DNA of 64,000 bases from Alphaproteobacteria bacterium (GCA_965243135.1 OZ251539.1:5344001-5408000); one strand, 5' to 3'; numbered from the stretch's first letter, positions 20,180 to 30,379 are shown. Numbers and translations: made by a program. Notes: generated by a model from the letters alone, not told the origin.

Positions 20180-20908
20180 GTGGCAACCGTGGAAGTGGTC
20201 GACCGCTCGGACATGGTCGAAAAGATGAACCGGGAAATCGTGCTCAGGCCATCCGAGACGGCGGTCGTCACGGTCGACATGCACCGCGGGCATCTCGACC
20301 CGGCGGTCGCGACGATGCCGGCCGCGGCGGAAGATTGCGAGCGCGTCGTCGCCAGCGCCGCCGAGGCGCTCGAATTCGCCCGCGGCGAGGGCATGCCGGT
20401 CATCCACGTCGTTCTCGTCTACCGCAAGATTCCGGGTCTCGGCAGCGAGGGCATGTCGGCGCCGTTCTGGGCCGCGATGTCGCGGATCGCCGACGAGGAG
20501 AACCGCCTGACGCCGGGCCGCAGGAGCACGGTGGACGACCACAACATCGAAGGCGGTCCCGGCACGGAGATCGTTCCCGCGCTCTACGCGGAGACCGACT
20601 ACGTGATCGACAACAAGAAGCGCCTCGACTGCTTCATGGGGACCGATCTCGACATGCTGCTGCAAAACGTCGGCGCGAAGAACGTGTGCCTGATGGGAAT
20701 CAACACCAACACCTGCGTGCTGAACACGGCGTTCACGGCGCACAACCGGAACTACGCCGCCGTCGTGCTGTCCGATTGCGTCGCCAGCATGTACGGCGAC
20801 GACCTTCACGAATTCGGCCTGCAGAACGTCATGCGCTGCCTCGGCTGGGTGTTCGACAACCGGCAGTTCCGGGAAAAGGTCGAAGAAGGCCGCCGCCGCA
20901 ACGCCTGA
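20180..20908 (+). CDS. Isochorismatase-family cysteine hydrolase (amidase)
   Basis: VDMH, KKRLDCF and GINTNTCV give the Asp/Lys/Cys triad. Confidence 0.9.
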   Translation: MATVEVVDRSDMVEKMNREIVLRPSETAVVTVDMHRGHLDPAVATMPAAAEDCERVVASAAEALEFARGEGMPVIHVVLVYRKIPGLGSEGMSAPFWAAMSRIADEENRLTPGRRSTVDDHNIEGGPGTEIVPALYAETDYVIDNKKRLDCFMGTDLDMLLQNVGAKNVCLMGINTNTCVLNTAFTAHNRNYAAVVLSDCVASMYGDDLHEFGLQNVMRCLGWVFDNRQFREKVEEGRRRNA

Positions 20909-20919
20909 CGGGCAGGATC

Positions 20920-22041
20920 GTGCAAGACAGCTATCGAACGCTTTTTTCCGGCGGCAGGATCGGCGGCGCCGTCCTCGGCAACCGCGCCGCGGTCGCGCCG
21001 ATGACCCGCATCAGCGCCGGGCCCGGCGGCACGGCGACCGCCGAGATGGCCTCCTATTACGCGGCCTACGCGCGGGGCGGTTTCGGTCTCGTCATCACCG
21101 AGGGCGTCTATGTCGACGAGCGTCACAGCCAAGGTTACGTCGACCAGCCGGGCATCGCCAACGACGTCCAGGCGGAGTCCTGGCGCCAGGTGGCCAGGGC
21201 GGTGCACGACGCGGGCGCGCCGATCTTCATGCAGCTGCTGCATGCGGGCGCGCTGGTGCAGCATAACGACCATGTCGACGAGGCGGTCGCGCCTTCGGCC
21301 GTCCCTCCGGTCGGCGAGATGGCGCCGCATTACAAGGGGTCGGGGCCGTTTCCGGTTCCCCGCGAGATCGCCCGCGACGAGATTCGCGAGGCGACGGCCG
21401 CGTTCGCCGCGGCCGCGCTGCGGGCGGTCGACGCCGGTTTCGACGGCGTCGAGATCCACGGCGCCAACGGGTATCTCGCCGACCAGTTTCTGACCGAGCA
21501 CACGAACCTGCGGTCCGACGAGTACGGCGGGCCCGTCGAGCGGCGGGTGCGCTTCCATGTCGAGGCGATCGCCGCGGTCAAGACGGCGCTCGCCGGCCGC
21601 GCGCCGCTGGGCGTTCGGATTTCGCAGACCAAGGTCAACGACCTGTCCCACAGCTGGCCGGGCGGGACGGAGGACGCGCGGGCGATCTTCGGCGCGATCG
21701 GCGAGGCCGGTCCGACCTACGTTCACGTGAACGCGCACCACGGGTTCGATCCGGTTTTCGGTTCCGGAAAGTCGCTTGCCGCGCTCGCGCGCGAGGCGGC
21801 GCCGAAGCGCGTCGCGATCGTCGCCTGCGGCAAGCTGAACGATCCCGCGCTGGCGGAGAGCATGCTGGCGGAGGGCGTCGCGGACGTCGCGGCGATCGCC
21901 AAGGGGGCTCTGGCGGATCCGGCCTGGCCGCGCAAGGTGGCGGCGGGCGAGTCGCCGCGCGGGTTCGATCCCGGCATGATTCGTCCCTATGCGACGATCG
22001 CCAACACGGAAGCGTGGCGTCGGCGCAATCCGCCGTCATGA
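20920..22041 (+). CDS. Old yellow enzyme family NADH:flavin oxidoreductase
   Basis: NRAAVAPMTR, QLLHAG, GFDGVEIHGANGYL and RSDEYGG. Confidence 0.93.
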   Translation: MQDSYRTLFSGGRIGGAVLGNRAAVAPMTRISAGPGGTATAEMASYYAAYARGGFGLVITEGVYVDERHSQGYVDQPGIANDVQAESWRQVARAVHDAGAPIFMQLLHAGALVQHNDHVDEAVAPSAVPPVGEMAPHYKGSGPFPVPREIARDEIREATAAFAAAALRAVDAGFDGVEIHGANGYLADQFLTEHTNLRSDEYGGPVERRVRFHVEAIAAVKTALAGRAPLGVRISQTKVNDLSHSWPGGTEDARAIFGAIGEAGPTYVHVNAHHGFDPVFGSGKSLAALAREAAPKRVAIVACGKLNDPALAESMLAEGVADVAAIAKGALADPAWPRKVAAGESPRGFDPGMIRPYATIANTEAWRRRNPPS

Positions 22042-22403
22042 GAGCCATGGTTTCGCCGTAGGTTGCGGAATCCGCTTTGCCGGGCGAAATCTCCGGGTCG
22101 CCGCCGGCGCCGCAAAATTGAATTTTTTCTTGCAACAGGCGGCGAATCTGTCATTCCAGCGACGTAAGCGACCGTTGGAAGTTCCGCAGGGCGTTGGCGA
22201 GAGCATATCCGAGCGACTTGGCGAGGCGCAGGAAGCTCGAAATGGCTCCGGGAATTCGGCGAAGGCCGGTCGCGCCGGATCTCGGGACGGAGAATTTCCG
22301 CGTTACGTTCGGCATCGAGAAGGCGATGCGGCGTTCGAGGCTCGGCACGGAGGGTCGGGCGCGGGCATCCGCTCGACCCGAAGCGGCAGACAAGAGGACT
22401 CGA

Positions 22404-23660
22404 ATGAGCGTTCGTTTTCAATTCGACTGGTTTGAGGCCACGCCTTCGCCGAGCCAACTCGCTTGTTTCACCATGGCCGAATTGTCCATTGAAGCGCAAG
22501 GCGAGATCGTGACGTCGGTGCGAGATCGAGAGAGGCGAACCTGTCGGGACCACGTCGTGGTTCCGTTGATTAGCGTCGTCGAGTGGCTTGTCGGCAACTG
22601 GTGGCATCTCTTCCACGAGATCGAAGATACAAGGGAGCAAAAATCCGGCTTCGAAAGTCGGCATAACCTTGCGTATGCGGGCGACGGCTTCGTTTTTCCA
22701 AATCTTGTCATGGTCCCGTCGCTGGAGGGAATGCTTCTTCGCTGGAAACGATACAAGCCCAAGCATGCATGCATCGAATTTTTGGGCGACGGGGAAGCCA
22801 ACGTCGAATGCGAGGAACTGGAAGAACAATTCCGGATTCTCGTCGATGCCGCAATCGAACGGCTTCGAAGCAACGGCGCGCTTCCGGAAACGCTGGAGAG
22901 CGAATGGAAGGCTATCAATTCCCTCGACCCGGACGAACGGGAATTCTGCCGCGCAGCGGCGCTGCTCGGCGTCGATCCTTTCGATGCGCCGGATTCCCTG
23001 GCAGCTGCCATCGCGAAGTTCCGCGAAGACATCGTTCCTTCTTTGCTCGACGATGCTTTGGCCGTGGGGAACGCCGATTCGCTGCCGGAATTGAGCGAAT
23101 GGATGGAGCGGTCTCTTCGGAGCCTTGAAGGCGTCGAAAGCGGGAACGATTGGGCGGACATGCGTCGAAATCTGCCCCGAGCGTCTTCCGCGCCGCCTTG
23201 GGAACGGGGCTATGAGTTGGCGCGTTCCGTCCGGCTCCAGCTTGGCGTCGGCGACGGCCGGTTCGATTTCGATTCGCAGGGCTCCCTGGCCGTGCATTCC
23301 GAAGAAGCGCAATCGCCGTCGACACGCGTCGAAGGGCTGGTGGCGGCGGAAATGCCTGCATGCGTGATCGTGCCAAGAGGCCAGGCGGGAAAACGGTTTC
23401 TGCTCGGGCGCGCCCTTGGCGGTTATCTGAGCGGACCCGGCCCTTCCCTTCTCAGCTCTTTGGCGACAGGCCGTCAGGCGCTGTCGAGGGCGTTTGCCGC
23501 CGAATTTCTCGCGCCGGCGGAAGCCATTCGCAAGCGGCTGAGGGGCGGCCTAGCGGAAGCGGAGGAGGTGGACGATCTCAGCGACGAGTTCGGCGTGTCC
23601 AGCGGACTGATACGCCGCCAGATCGAAAACCACAATCTGGCGACCGTCGCAGGTTGGTGA
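22404..23660 (+). CDS. Hypothetical protein with a C-terminal ImmA/IrrE-like region lacking HExxH
   Basis: RFLLGRALGGYL...SRAFAAEFLAP..FGVS..IRRQIEN matches the M78 C-terminal pattern; AAGAGGA RBS. Confidence 0.7.
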   Translation: MSVRFQFDWFEATPSPSQLACFTMAELSIEAQGEIVTSVRDRERRTCRDHVVVPLISVVEWLVGNWWHLFHEIEDTREQKSGFESRHNLAYAGDGFVFPNLVMVPSLEGMLLRWKRYKPKHACIEFLGDGEANVECEELEEQFRILVDAAIERLRSNGALPETLESEWKAINSLDPDEREFCRAAALLGVDPFDAPDSLAAAIAKFREDIVPSLLDDALAVGNADSLPELSEWMERSLRSLEGVESGNDWADMRRNLPRASSAPPWERGYELARSVRLQLGVGDGRFDFDSQGSLAVHSEEAQSPSTRVEGLVAAEMPACVIVPRGQAGKRFLLGRALGGYLSGPGPSLLSSLATGRQALSRAFAAEFLAPAEAIRKRLRGGLAEAEEVDDLSDEFGVSSGLIRRQIENHNLATVAGW

Positions 23661-23974
23661 AGTTTGACGAATTAGCCGCAACGGAGCTTTGCCGCCATCT
23701 TTCCTCCTGACTCGACCGGACCTTTTCCGGGAAACGACGGGTCGAGGACCTTCGGAAAGCAGTCGATGCAGGCGTCGAGATATTCCGACGCATGTTTTTC
23801 GAACTGCGGATGCGCGAGGCCGGTCGGTGGTTCCGATGCGAAGCGTCGATTCTGCAAGAAATCGCGAACCGCTCCCTGTGAAGACTGGCAGCAAGCGGGC
23901 GTTGCGAATTCCGCGCGAAACGAAGAGATTTCCGGCGGCCGACCATCTCTCGTACCGGGAATCGTTTCCAATCG

Positions 23975-24358
23975 CTAATGACCGGATGGATTTGCGCCGG
24001 AACGCCCCAGCAGGATGTCGGCGGGGATACCGAGACGTTCGTTCAACGCGCGGATCATGCTGACCGTCAAGCCGCGTTGGCGGTTCAGGACCTCGTAGAC
24101 CCGGTTTCGGCCGCCGAAATACGGTGCGAGGTCGGCGGCGGTCAGTCCAGCCTGGTCCGCACGGAATTTAATGGCTTCAATCGGATCGGGCGGATCGATA
24201 GGCGCGACGCTTCGTTCGTAGTCCTCGATCACGAGCGCGAGAACCTTCATTTCGTCCCGCTGCTCCGAGGTGCGTTCTTCGAGCGCCATGAGCGCATCGA
24301 TTCGTCCCATGGCCAAGTCATAGTCGGCTTGGGATCGAATGGGGAGCGCAACGGCCAT
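23975..24358 (-). CDS. higA: HigA-type HTH antitoxin
   Basis: PIRSQADYDLAM, PPDPIEAIKFR and EVLNRQRGLTVSMIRAL. Confidence 0.88.
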   Translation of the reverse strand: MAVALPIRSQADYDLAMGRIDALMALEERTSEQRDEMKVLALVIEDYERSVAPIDPPDPIEAIKFRADQAGLTAADLAPYFGGRNRVYEVLNRQRGLTVSMIRALNERLGIPADILLGRSGANPSGH

Positions 24359-24367
24359 GATTTCATT

Positions 24368-24475
24368 TCAAACGGTGCTCGGGTCGATATTGTCGCATTC
24401 CGCACGGGTACCGGTCCAGCGCACCCGCCTCGTCTGCGAATTCGACGACGAGCCGATACCGTTCGCCCTTGAGTC
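24368..24475 (-). pseudogene. higB: HigB toxin C-terminal remnant, frameshifted
   Basis: Translates as LKGERYRLVVEF.. then, in a shifted frame, VRWTGTRAECDNIDPSTV*, matching the recalled KGNxYRLIV..IRFIGTHAEYDKID. Confidence 0.75.
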
Positions 24476-24651
24476 TGAATTTCACCCGAGTGCCATTCGG
24501 TATCGACGCGCGCGGATAACGGTGCATGATATTTGGGGTGATTTCCGAGTCGTTCGCTTGCGCGAGTGCGCAAGAATCTTCTGGCGAGAGCCGCTGCAGC
24601 GGACGGGCGGCCGTCGGCGAAGCGCACGACAGCGCGAGCGGCTTCCGATTC

Positions 24652-24679
24652 TTGACGTTGTCGGCCGGCGCGGTATACT
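24652..24679 (+). promoter_or_regulatory. Sigma70-like promoter of the surface lipoprotein
   Basis: TTGACG (24652-57), 16-bp spacer, TATACT (24674-79). Confidence 0.7.
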
Positions 24680-24689
24680 GGCGCGGAAT

Positions 24690-24815
24690 TCTTCACGGGG
24701 CCTCTTCACGGGGCCTCTTCACGGGGCCTCTTCACGGGGCCTCTTCACGGGGCCTCTTCACGGGGCCTCTTCACGGGGCCTCTTCACGGGGCCTCTTCAC
24801 GGGGCCTCTTCACGG
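24690..24815 (+). repeat. Perfect 13-bp tandem repeat TCTTCACGGGGCC x9.7
   Basis: Units run from 24690 to 24794 in steps of 13, plus a partial unit at 24807; all identical. Confidence 0.98.
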
Positions 24816-24833
24816 ATCAAGAGGACCCGTTCG

Positions 24834-27059
24834 ATGACGATCTACAGGCTTTGTTTAGCGGTGGCTTGCGGCGTGGCGCTGGCGCTGGGCGCCTGCACCG
24901 AAACCAAGACAGTGCGCGTCGGCGACCCGGAGGCTCTCGCGGCCGAGCAGCGGAAGACGGCCGCGGCCGAGGCAAGAGCCGACGAGGCCGAGACCGCGCT
25001 GCGCGGTCTCCGCACCTTGCTGGCCGAGCTGGGTTCGGCCAACACCGTCGAGCAACGCACGGAGGCTCGCACGGAGGTGGGCCGCGTCCAAAAAGAATTG
25101 GCGCGGTTGCGGGAGAACCTGGAGTTGGAGGAGCAGCCAGAGGCCGACGTGGCGCTGTCGGCGGTCGACACGGCTCTGGAGGCGGTCGTCGAGGCCCTGG
25201 GGGCGGCCAATGCGGCATTCGGGTCGGGGGGGACCGTTTCCTTCGCCAGCATGCACACGACGCTGGACCGGGCGCAGGCGGCGCTGGACGACGCCCAGAC
25301 CAAGATAACCGCGGCGCTGGCGGCCAATCCCACCGGCGCGATCGAAACTGTGCTGTCGCAGGCCCAGGGCGCGCTGACCACCGCCCAGATCTCCCTGGTG
25401 CCGCTGCTGCGCGAGGAACTTGCCGAGGCCGAGGCCGAACGAGATGCGTTGAAAGATGCCGAGGCCGAACGAGACGCGTTGAGAGACGAGCATGTCTCCC
25501 CGCCTCTCTTCCGGAGCACCCGCGGCCCGAGGGATCTTGAAGAAACGATCACGATCGCCCGGACGGCCCGAACCGTCCCGAACGCCGTCGGCAACGCGTG
25601 GGTCGCGAATCCGAACGCGCTCGACATCGCGACGGAAGCCGTCCCCTACGCGGCCGGCAGGACGCTGACCTCCCGCGCCGGGGGCGAGGAGTTTCCCATG
25701 CGAGCGATCACCTTCCGGGGCGACATACGCCAAGGAAGCCAGCGGGGACTTACCGGAGCCGCCGCCGACAACGACGGTCGCTATCCGATCATCCAGGGCC
25801 CCGGCAACACGCTGGGCAACGCCAACGACCACACCAAGACAGCGGTGATCAGCTCGATCCAGATGTCGGAAGACGGCGGGCTAACCCTCAAGGCCGGGGG
25901 ATCGGGCGTCGTTTTCAACGAGTTCCAGTACGACATCCGCGGGACCGAAGCCGACGGCCCGGACGGAATCCCGGGGGACGGCGGCGCAACGACGGCCACG
26001 ACGGCCACGGACTTCCATGTCGCCATGTTCCGCAGAGCGGGCGAGACGCCGCCGTCCGTCGGCGATACGTTGACGGCGGATCAGGCCGCCAAGCTGACGG
26101 GGTGGGCGGCCGACAACTGCAGCGGAGTGACCTTCCCCTGCTGGGACGGCAACATGCGCGACCTGACGATCGACTTCGGAAAGCCTTCCCCGGATCCGGA
26201 CGGCGAATCCGGCTACCACTGGGCGTCGAAGATCCCGTCGTCCGAAGGCCAGCCCAAACCCGTCGCCGCCGACGCCATGCACCGTTGGGCCAAGCCCAAG
26301 GTGGATAATTTCGTCGACCCCGACCGCGGAGCCGGGGAATACCGGGGCGAATACCGGCTATGGCTCTCGAACTACGCGGGCCTGGGTACCGACGATTCCC
26401 ACCGCTATCTTCGATACGCCGCCTATGGCCTTTTCACGTTCACCGACTATCTCACGTCGAACGTCAGGCCGGCCCGCATGCAGGGGCTTCATTTCGGTTA
26501 CGACGCCTTCGCCGACGCCGCCGGGATGAGGACGACCGATCTCGACACTGCGATCACGGCCACGTTCACGGGCAGGGCCTCCGGCATGGTCATGGAGCCC
26601 CACAGCGACAGGTCCCAGGTCGAACGTCTGATCCGCGTGCGGGGGGACGTCACGCTCAACGCGACGATCGGCGGCGCCAACACGATCATCGGCGATATCT
26701 CGAATCTGCAGACGCCGGCCGGCGGGGGCTGGGGGCCCTACGCGCCGTTGACGGACAGCGTCCAGTTGACGAACGGAACGATCGCGGCCGACGGCAGCTA
26801 CGAGGGCGCAACCACCGTGGACGGCGCCGCGAGCCATCTCTGGGATGACGGCATGTTCGGCGGAAACTTCTACGGCAACAAGAGCGGTCCAGACCTCGAG
26901 ACCGCGGGCTGGTGGTATCTGAAGCCGCGTGGGTACACACCCCCTCAGACCAATCCCCTGACCGGCGCTGACGCCCGGGACCATCCCGGCCGGCCGGACT
27001 TCAGGTACTCGGGCGCCTTCGGCAGCTTCGGTGCCAAGTGCACCGAGGGCTGCGATTAG
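24834..27059 (+). CDS. Surface lipoprotein with coiled-coil stalk and C-terminal TbpB-like beta-barrel
   Basis: Lipobox LGA-C; Ala/Glu-rich helical N-region; C-terminal ATFTG, VRGDVTLNATIG, FGGNFYG and GAFGSFGAK typical of transferrin-binding-like barrels. Confidence 0.78.
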   Translation: MTIYRLCLAVACGVALALGACTETKTVRVGDPEALAAEQRKTAAAEARADEAETALRGLRTLLAELGSANTVEQRTEARTEVGRVQKELARLRENLELEEQPEADVALSAVDTALEAVVEALGAANAAFGSGGTVSFASMHTTLDRAQAALDDAQTKITAALAANPTGAIETVLSQAQGALTTAQISLVPLLREELAEAEAERDALKDAEAERDALRDEHVSPPLFRSTRGPRDLEETITIARTARTVPNAVGNAWVANPNALDIATEAVPYAAGRTLTSRAGGEEFPMRAITFRGDIRQGSQRGLTGAAADNDGRYPIIQGPGNTLGNANDHTKTAVISSIQMSEDGGLTLKAGGSGVVFNEFQYDIRGTEADGPDGIPGDGGATTATTATDFHVAMFRRAGETPPSVGDTLTADQAAKLTGWAADNCSGVTFPCWDGNMRDLTIDFGKPSPDPDGESGYHWASKIPSSEGQPKPVAADAMHRWAKPKVDNFVDPDRGAGEYRGEYRLWLSNYAGLGTDDSHRYLRYAAYGLFTFTDYLTSNVRPARMQGLHFGYDAFADAAGMRTTDLDTAITATFTGRASGMVMEPHSDRSQVERLIRVRGDVTLNATIGGANTIIGDISNLQTPAGGGWGPYAPLTDSVQLTNGTIAADGSYEGATTVDGAASHLWDDGMFGGNFYGNKSGPDLETAGWWYLKPRGYTPPQTNPLTGADARDHPGRPDFRYSGAFGSFGAKCTEGCD

Positions 27060-27129
27060 CCAGCCTGCACGAGCCTCCGTCCGAGGCTGCGGGGCAAGCG
27101 CCGCCGCCGAGCGCTGGCCGACGGCTGCC

Positions 27130-28260
27130 CTCGACGGCGCCGCAAGGCCGGCGAAGGTCCGTACGCGACCTGTCGCCTCGCGCGCAGCGAGCGGGTCGGC
27201 GGCGGGGCGCGACAGGTTGCCCTCTTCGACCTCGGCGCCGACTTCTCCTTGCTCGGGCGGCGAAACCTGACGAAGGTTGTCGAAGTCCTTCTCGCCGGTT
27301 CCGGGCTGCTCCTCGAACCGAAGCCGGAACTTCGTGCCGTCGCACAACTCCGTGCCCGCAACCTCGACGTTTCGGAAACGGGCGCGGCGGTCGATCTCGC
27401 CGGCCCACGAGCGAGTCCGTTCGGTGGCGCGTCTCGCCTCCGCGGCTCTCGACCAGCTCCGGTTCGCTGAAACCCTGCGGATGCTCGGCGTCGGCGGCCG
27501 CGACGCCCGTATCGCCTCGATCATTGCGCGCATGCCTTCGAGCGAGCGCAAAGCCTTGCGCAGGCTGCAGGACAGCAGCGCGGCTTTCGAACCGCTCGGT
27601 CCGGAGAGCGGCGACAGCCTGAACGAACTCTATTCCGCTGTGGAAACACCGCGACGATATCGAGAACGCGCTGTTCGCTCGGGAGCGCGACCTCTCCCCG
27701 GCGCTGTTGCGTTCTTCGACCTGACCAACGCTCACCTCGCAGGCCGCCCGGTTCGGCCGTTCGAAGCAGAAGCGCGACGACCGTCAGTTGGCAACCTTGG
27801 CCCTGCCTGCTGCCGGCTTCCCCCGGCGCGGCGCACCTGGCAACGTCTTCGAGCCGGGCGCCCTCGCCGCCGCTGTCGGCAGGCTCGAAGCTCAGGCAGG
27901 AGACGGTCCGAAACCCACCTTCATGCAGGCATCTCGACCGAATTTGCCTGGCTTCACGAGCGCGCGCGGTTCGGCGCGGCCGCGCGCCATGCCCGGAACG
28001 CGCCGCCGATGCCGCTTTCAAACGCGTGCCGGAGCCGGGATCCGGCGTCCGAACGCCCAAGGCGGCGAAGCGCGCTTGTGCATCTGGAGCCATGAACGTC
28101 AGCGAAAGGGCATGGCGGCGAAGGCGCGGGAAGGGTTCGAGTCCGAACTCCGAAAGCTGCGCGACGGCCTGAAGAACTGCGCGAAGCGGCGCCACGAGGT
28201 TCCGGAACGCCTTGGACGACCGCGGGAACGCCGCTAGCGCCGCCAATACGACATCGAAGT
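27130..28260 (+). mobile_element. Heavily degraded IS1634-family transposase remnant (boundaries approximate)
   Basis: Fragments across frames: SIIARMPSSER, FFDLTNAHLAG, TLALPAAGFPR..PGNVFEPGAL and LCIWSHERQRK. Confidence 0.7.
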
Positions 28261-28392
28261 GAAGCCGAGCGAAGCCAGGATATGGATCTTGCTGCGTTCG
28301 ACGACATGGGCCGGCGGGACGGGACGAACTCCGCGATGGCGCGCGCGACTTCGCTCGTCGTTGCCGGCCGCATGCCGCGTCCGGCGGGCGGC

Positions 28393-29265
28393 CTATCCTT
28401 TCGTCGCTTCCCGGAAGCGTTCGGACGGGGGAGCGGCGAACCCCCAGGAATCGCCGTGAAACTCGGGCGGCCGCTTCCAGTCTTCCGGCATGCCGGTCCT
28501 GTAGCCGTCGTCCACCTGCTCGACCTCGGCGGTGTACTCGATGACGTATCCCGCCGGATCGATGAAGTAGGCGAAGATGTTGTTGCCCGGTCCGTGCCGC
28601 CCGACCCCCCATTCGACCGGGTAGCCCGATCGCTTCATCCTTCCGGAAGCGCGCATCAGCGCGTCGTGGCTCGGCACTTCGAACGCGCAGTGGTTGAGCG
28701 TCGGCGAGTCGACGTTCGTGTAGGCGAGCGCGTGATGGTCGCTGCTGCAGCGGATGAAGTCCATGTAATCCGTGCGGTCGCTGAGCTTGAATCCGAGGAG
28801 GTCGACGAACTGCGCGCTTTGCGCCTCGCGCCGGGGCGAGTTGAGCACTATGTGACTCAGCTTTTCCGGCCGGTCGGCCGCGCCCTCCCGCGCTTCGTGC
28901 CGTGCGAGGCCGGTCGAAATCCCGTACTCCCGGCCGTCGAGGTCGCGGAACACGAAGCCGTATCCGCCTGCCGGTCCGTTCAGCGGAGCGGGGGCGTCCG
29001 CCGACGCGCCGAATGCCTTCGCCTTCTCGTGGAGCCCGTCCACCGCCTCCTTGCCGTCGGCGGCCAGATTGACCCTGAGCAGCTTTCTCTCCCGGCCGGG
29101 ATGCAGAACGAGCAGGTGGTGCTCGGCGCCGGCGCCCCGCAGCTGCACGGGACTGTCCGCGACGGCCTCGAGCCCCCAGCAATCCTCGTAAAACCTTTTC
29201 GCGGCCGCTACGTCCGACACCGCCAGTTCCGCGCTGCGCAGTCCCGTCACTCTCGGTTCGGCCAT
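28393..29265 (-). CDS. Two-domain VOC protein (extradiol dioxygenase-like)
   Basis: LSHIVL, DHHALA and WGVGRHGPGNNIFAYFIDPAGYVIEY. Confidence 0.88.
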   Translation of the reverse strand: MAEPRVTGLRSAELAVSDVAAAKRFYEDCWGLEAVADSPVQLRGAGAEHHLLVLHPGRERKLLRVNLAADGKEAVDGLHEKAKAFGASADAPAPLNGPAGGYGFVFRDLDGREYGISTGLARHEAREGAADRPEKLSHIVLNSPRREAQSAQFVDLLGFKLSDRTDYMDFIRCSSDHHALAYTNVDSPTLNHCAFEVPSHDALMRASGRMKRSGYPVEWGVGRHGPGNNIFAYFIDPAGYVIEYTAEVEQVDDGYRTGMPEDWKRPPEFHGDSWGFAAPPSERFREATKG

Positions 29266-29353
29266 CCCTTTTCTCCTCCTGTCGGCGTCCGCGAGCGATG
29301 GTACGCCGGTCGCGGCGGGTCGGAAAGCTCGGTGGGCGAAGCGCCGCGAGGCG

Positions 29354-30379
29354 TCATCCCGCGGCGAGTTTCAGGGCAAGGTCCAGATTGGAGCGGGCCG
29401 GGGCGAGCTCTCCGTTCCGGATCCGCCTCGTGATCTCCGTGACGGCGGCGTTGGCGGGAGCCTGCCTGCCGGCGCGGCGGCTTTCTTCGGCGACCAGGCC
29501 GTTGATCAAATCGACCTCGCTGTAGCGTCCCTTGAGGTGGTCCTGGAGCACGCAGTCCCGCGCTCCGGGTCCGATATCGGACGCGAGCTTGTCGAAAAGC
29601 GTCTCCAGCAGCCGGTTGGAGTTGCCGACGTCTTCCGGACCCAGCCCGAATATGGGCTGGATGGCGTATTTGCGGTCCCGGCCGACGGCCAGCGCCTCGG
29701 CGCCCGCTCGAAGAATGAAGTCGCGGAAGCCGGGCATCGCGGCCGCCTCGCCGACTGCGAGCCCCAGCATCGCGACCGGTCCGAGGCTCATGCTGTTGAC
29801 GACCAGCTTCATCCATTTGGCCGCGACGATGTCGTCCGATATCGATACCGCGCCGACGCATTTCAGGATGTCGGCGACTTCCGGAACCCTTCCGGCCATG
29901 GACGGTCCGAGCGCGCCGATCCCCAGCCAGCTTTTTTCCGGCGGCGTGTTGCGCTTGACCAGCCCCGGCGTGAAAATTTCCGAGGACAGTTCGATGACGC
30001 AGCCGACGGTTCTGGCGGGGCCGACCGCTTCCGCGATCTCGTCCGCCGTCATGGCGTTCTGGATTCCGACCATCAGCCCGTCCGCGGCGAGGTAGGGTTC
30101 GATCAGCCGGGCCATCCACGCCGTGTCGTAGGCTTTGGGCATCAGGAAGACGTACCCGAATTCCTGCCTGAAGGCGCAAACCTCGCAGACGTGCCGGGCG
30201 TCGACCGCGACGTTGATCTCCCTGTCCGGCATCCGGACGGTCAGCCCCTCGGCGCGCATGGTTTCCACGTGTTCCGGCCATTGGTCGACCAGCGTGACGT
30301 CGTATCCGGCCCGCACCAGATCCGCTGCGGCGCAGCTGCCGTTCGCGCCGGTGCCGACCACGGCGATTTTTCCATTCAA
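29354..30379 (-). CDS. Ketopantoate reductase (ApbA/PanE) family oxidoreductase
   Basis: IAVVGTGANG, KAYDT, QNAM, KWMKLVVN and QDHLKGRYSEVDLING. Confidence 0.87.
   Translation of the reverse strand: MNGKIAVVGTGANGSCAAADLVRAGYDVTLVDQWPEHVETMRAEGLTVRMPDREINVAVDARHVCEVCAFRQEFGYVFLMPKAYDTAWMARLIEPYLAADGLMVGIQNAMTADEIAEAVGPARTVGCVIELSSEIFTPGLVKRNTPPEKSWLGIGALGPSMAGRVPEVADILKCVGAVSISDDIVAAKWMKLVVNSMSLGPVAMLGLAVGEAAAMPGFRDFILRAGAEALAVGRDRKYAIQPIFGLGPEDVGNSNRLLETLFDKLASDIGPGARDCVLQDHLKGRYSEVDLINGLVAEESRRAGRQAPANAAVTEITRRIRNGELAPARSNLDLALKLAAG

Noticed and set aside
18289-22041. 1250-aa ORF and other long overlapping Arg/Ala-rich ORFs
   Set aside because: High-GC shadow frames; only the 3' OYE part has family motifs.
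24690-24815. 13-bp array as a CRISPR, or as the coding N-terminus of the 906-aa ORF
   Set aside because: There are no spacers. Promoter, RBS and lipobox place the true start at 24834.
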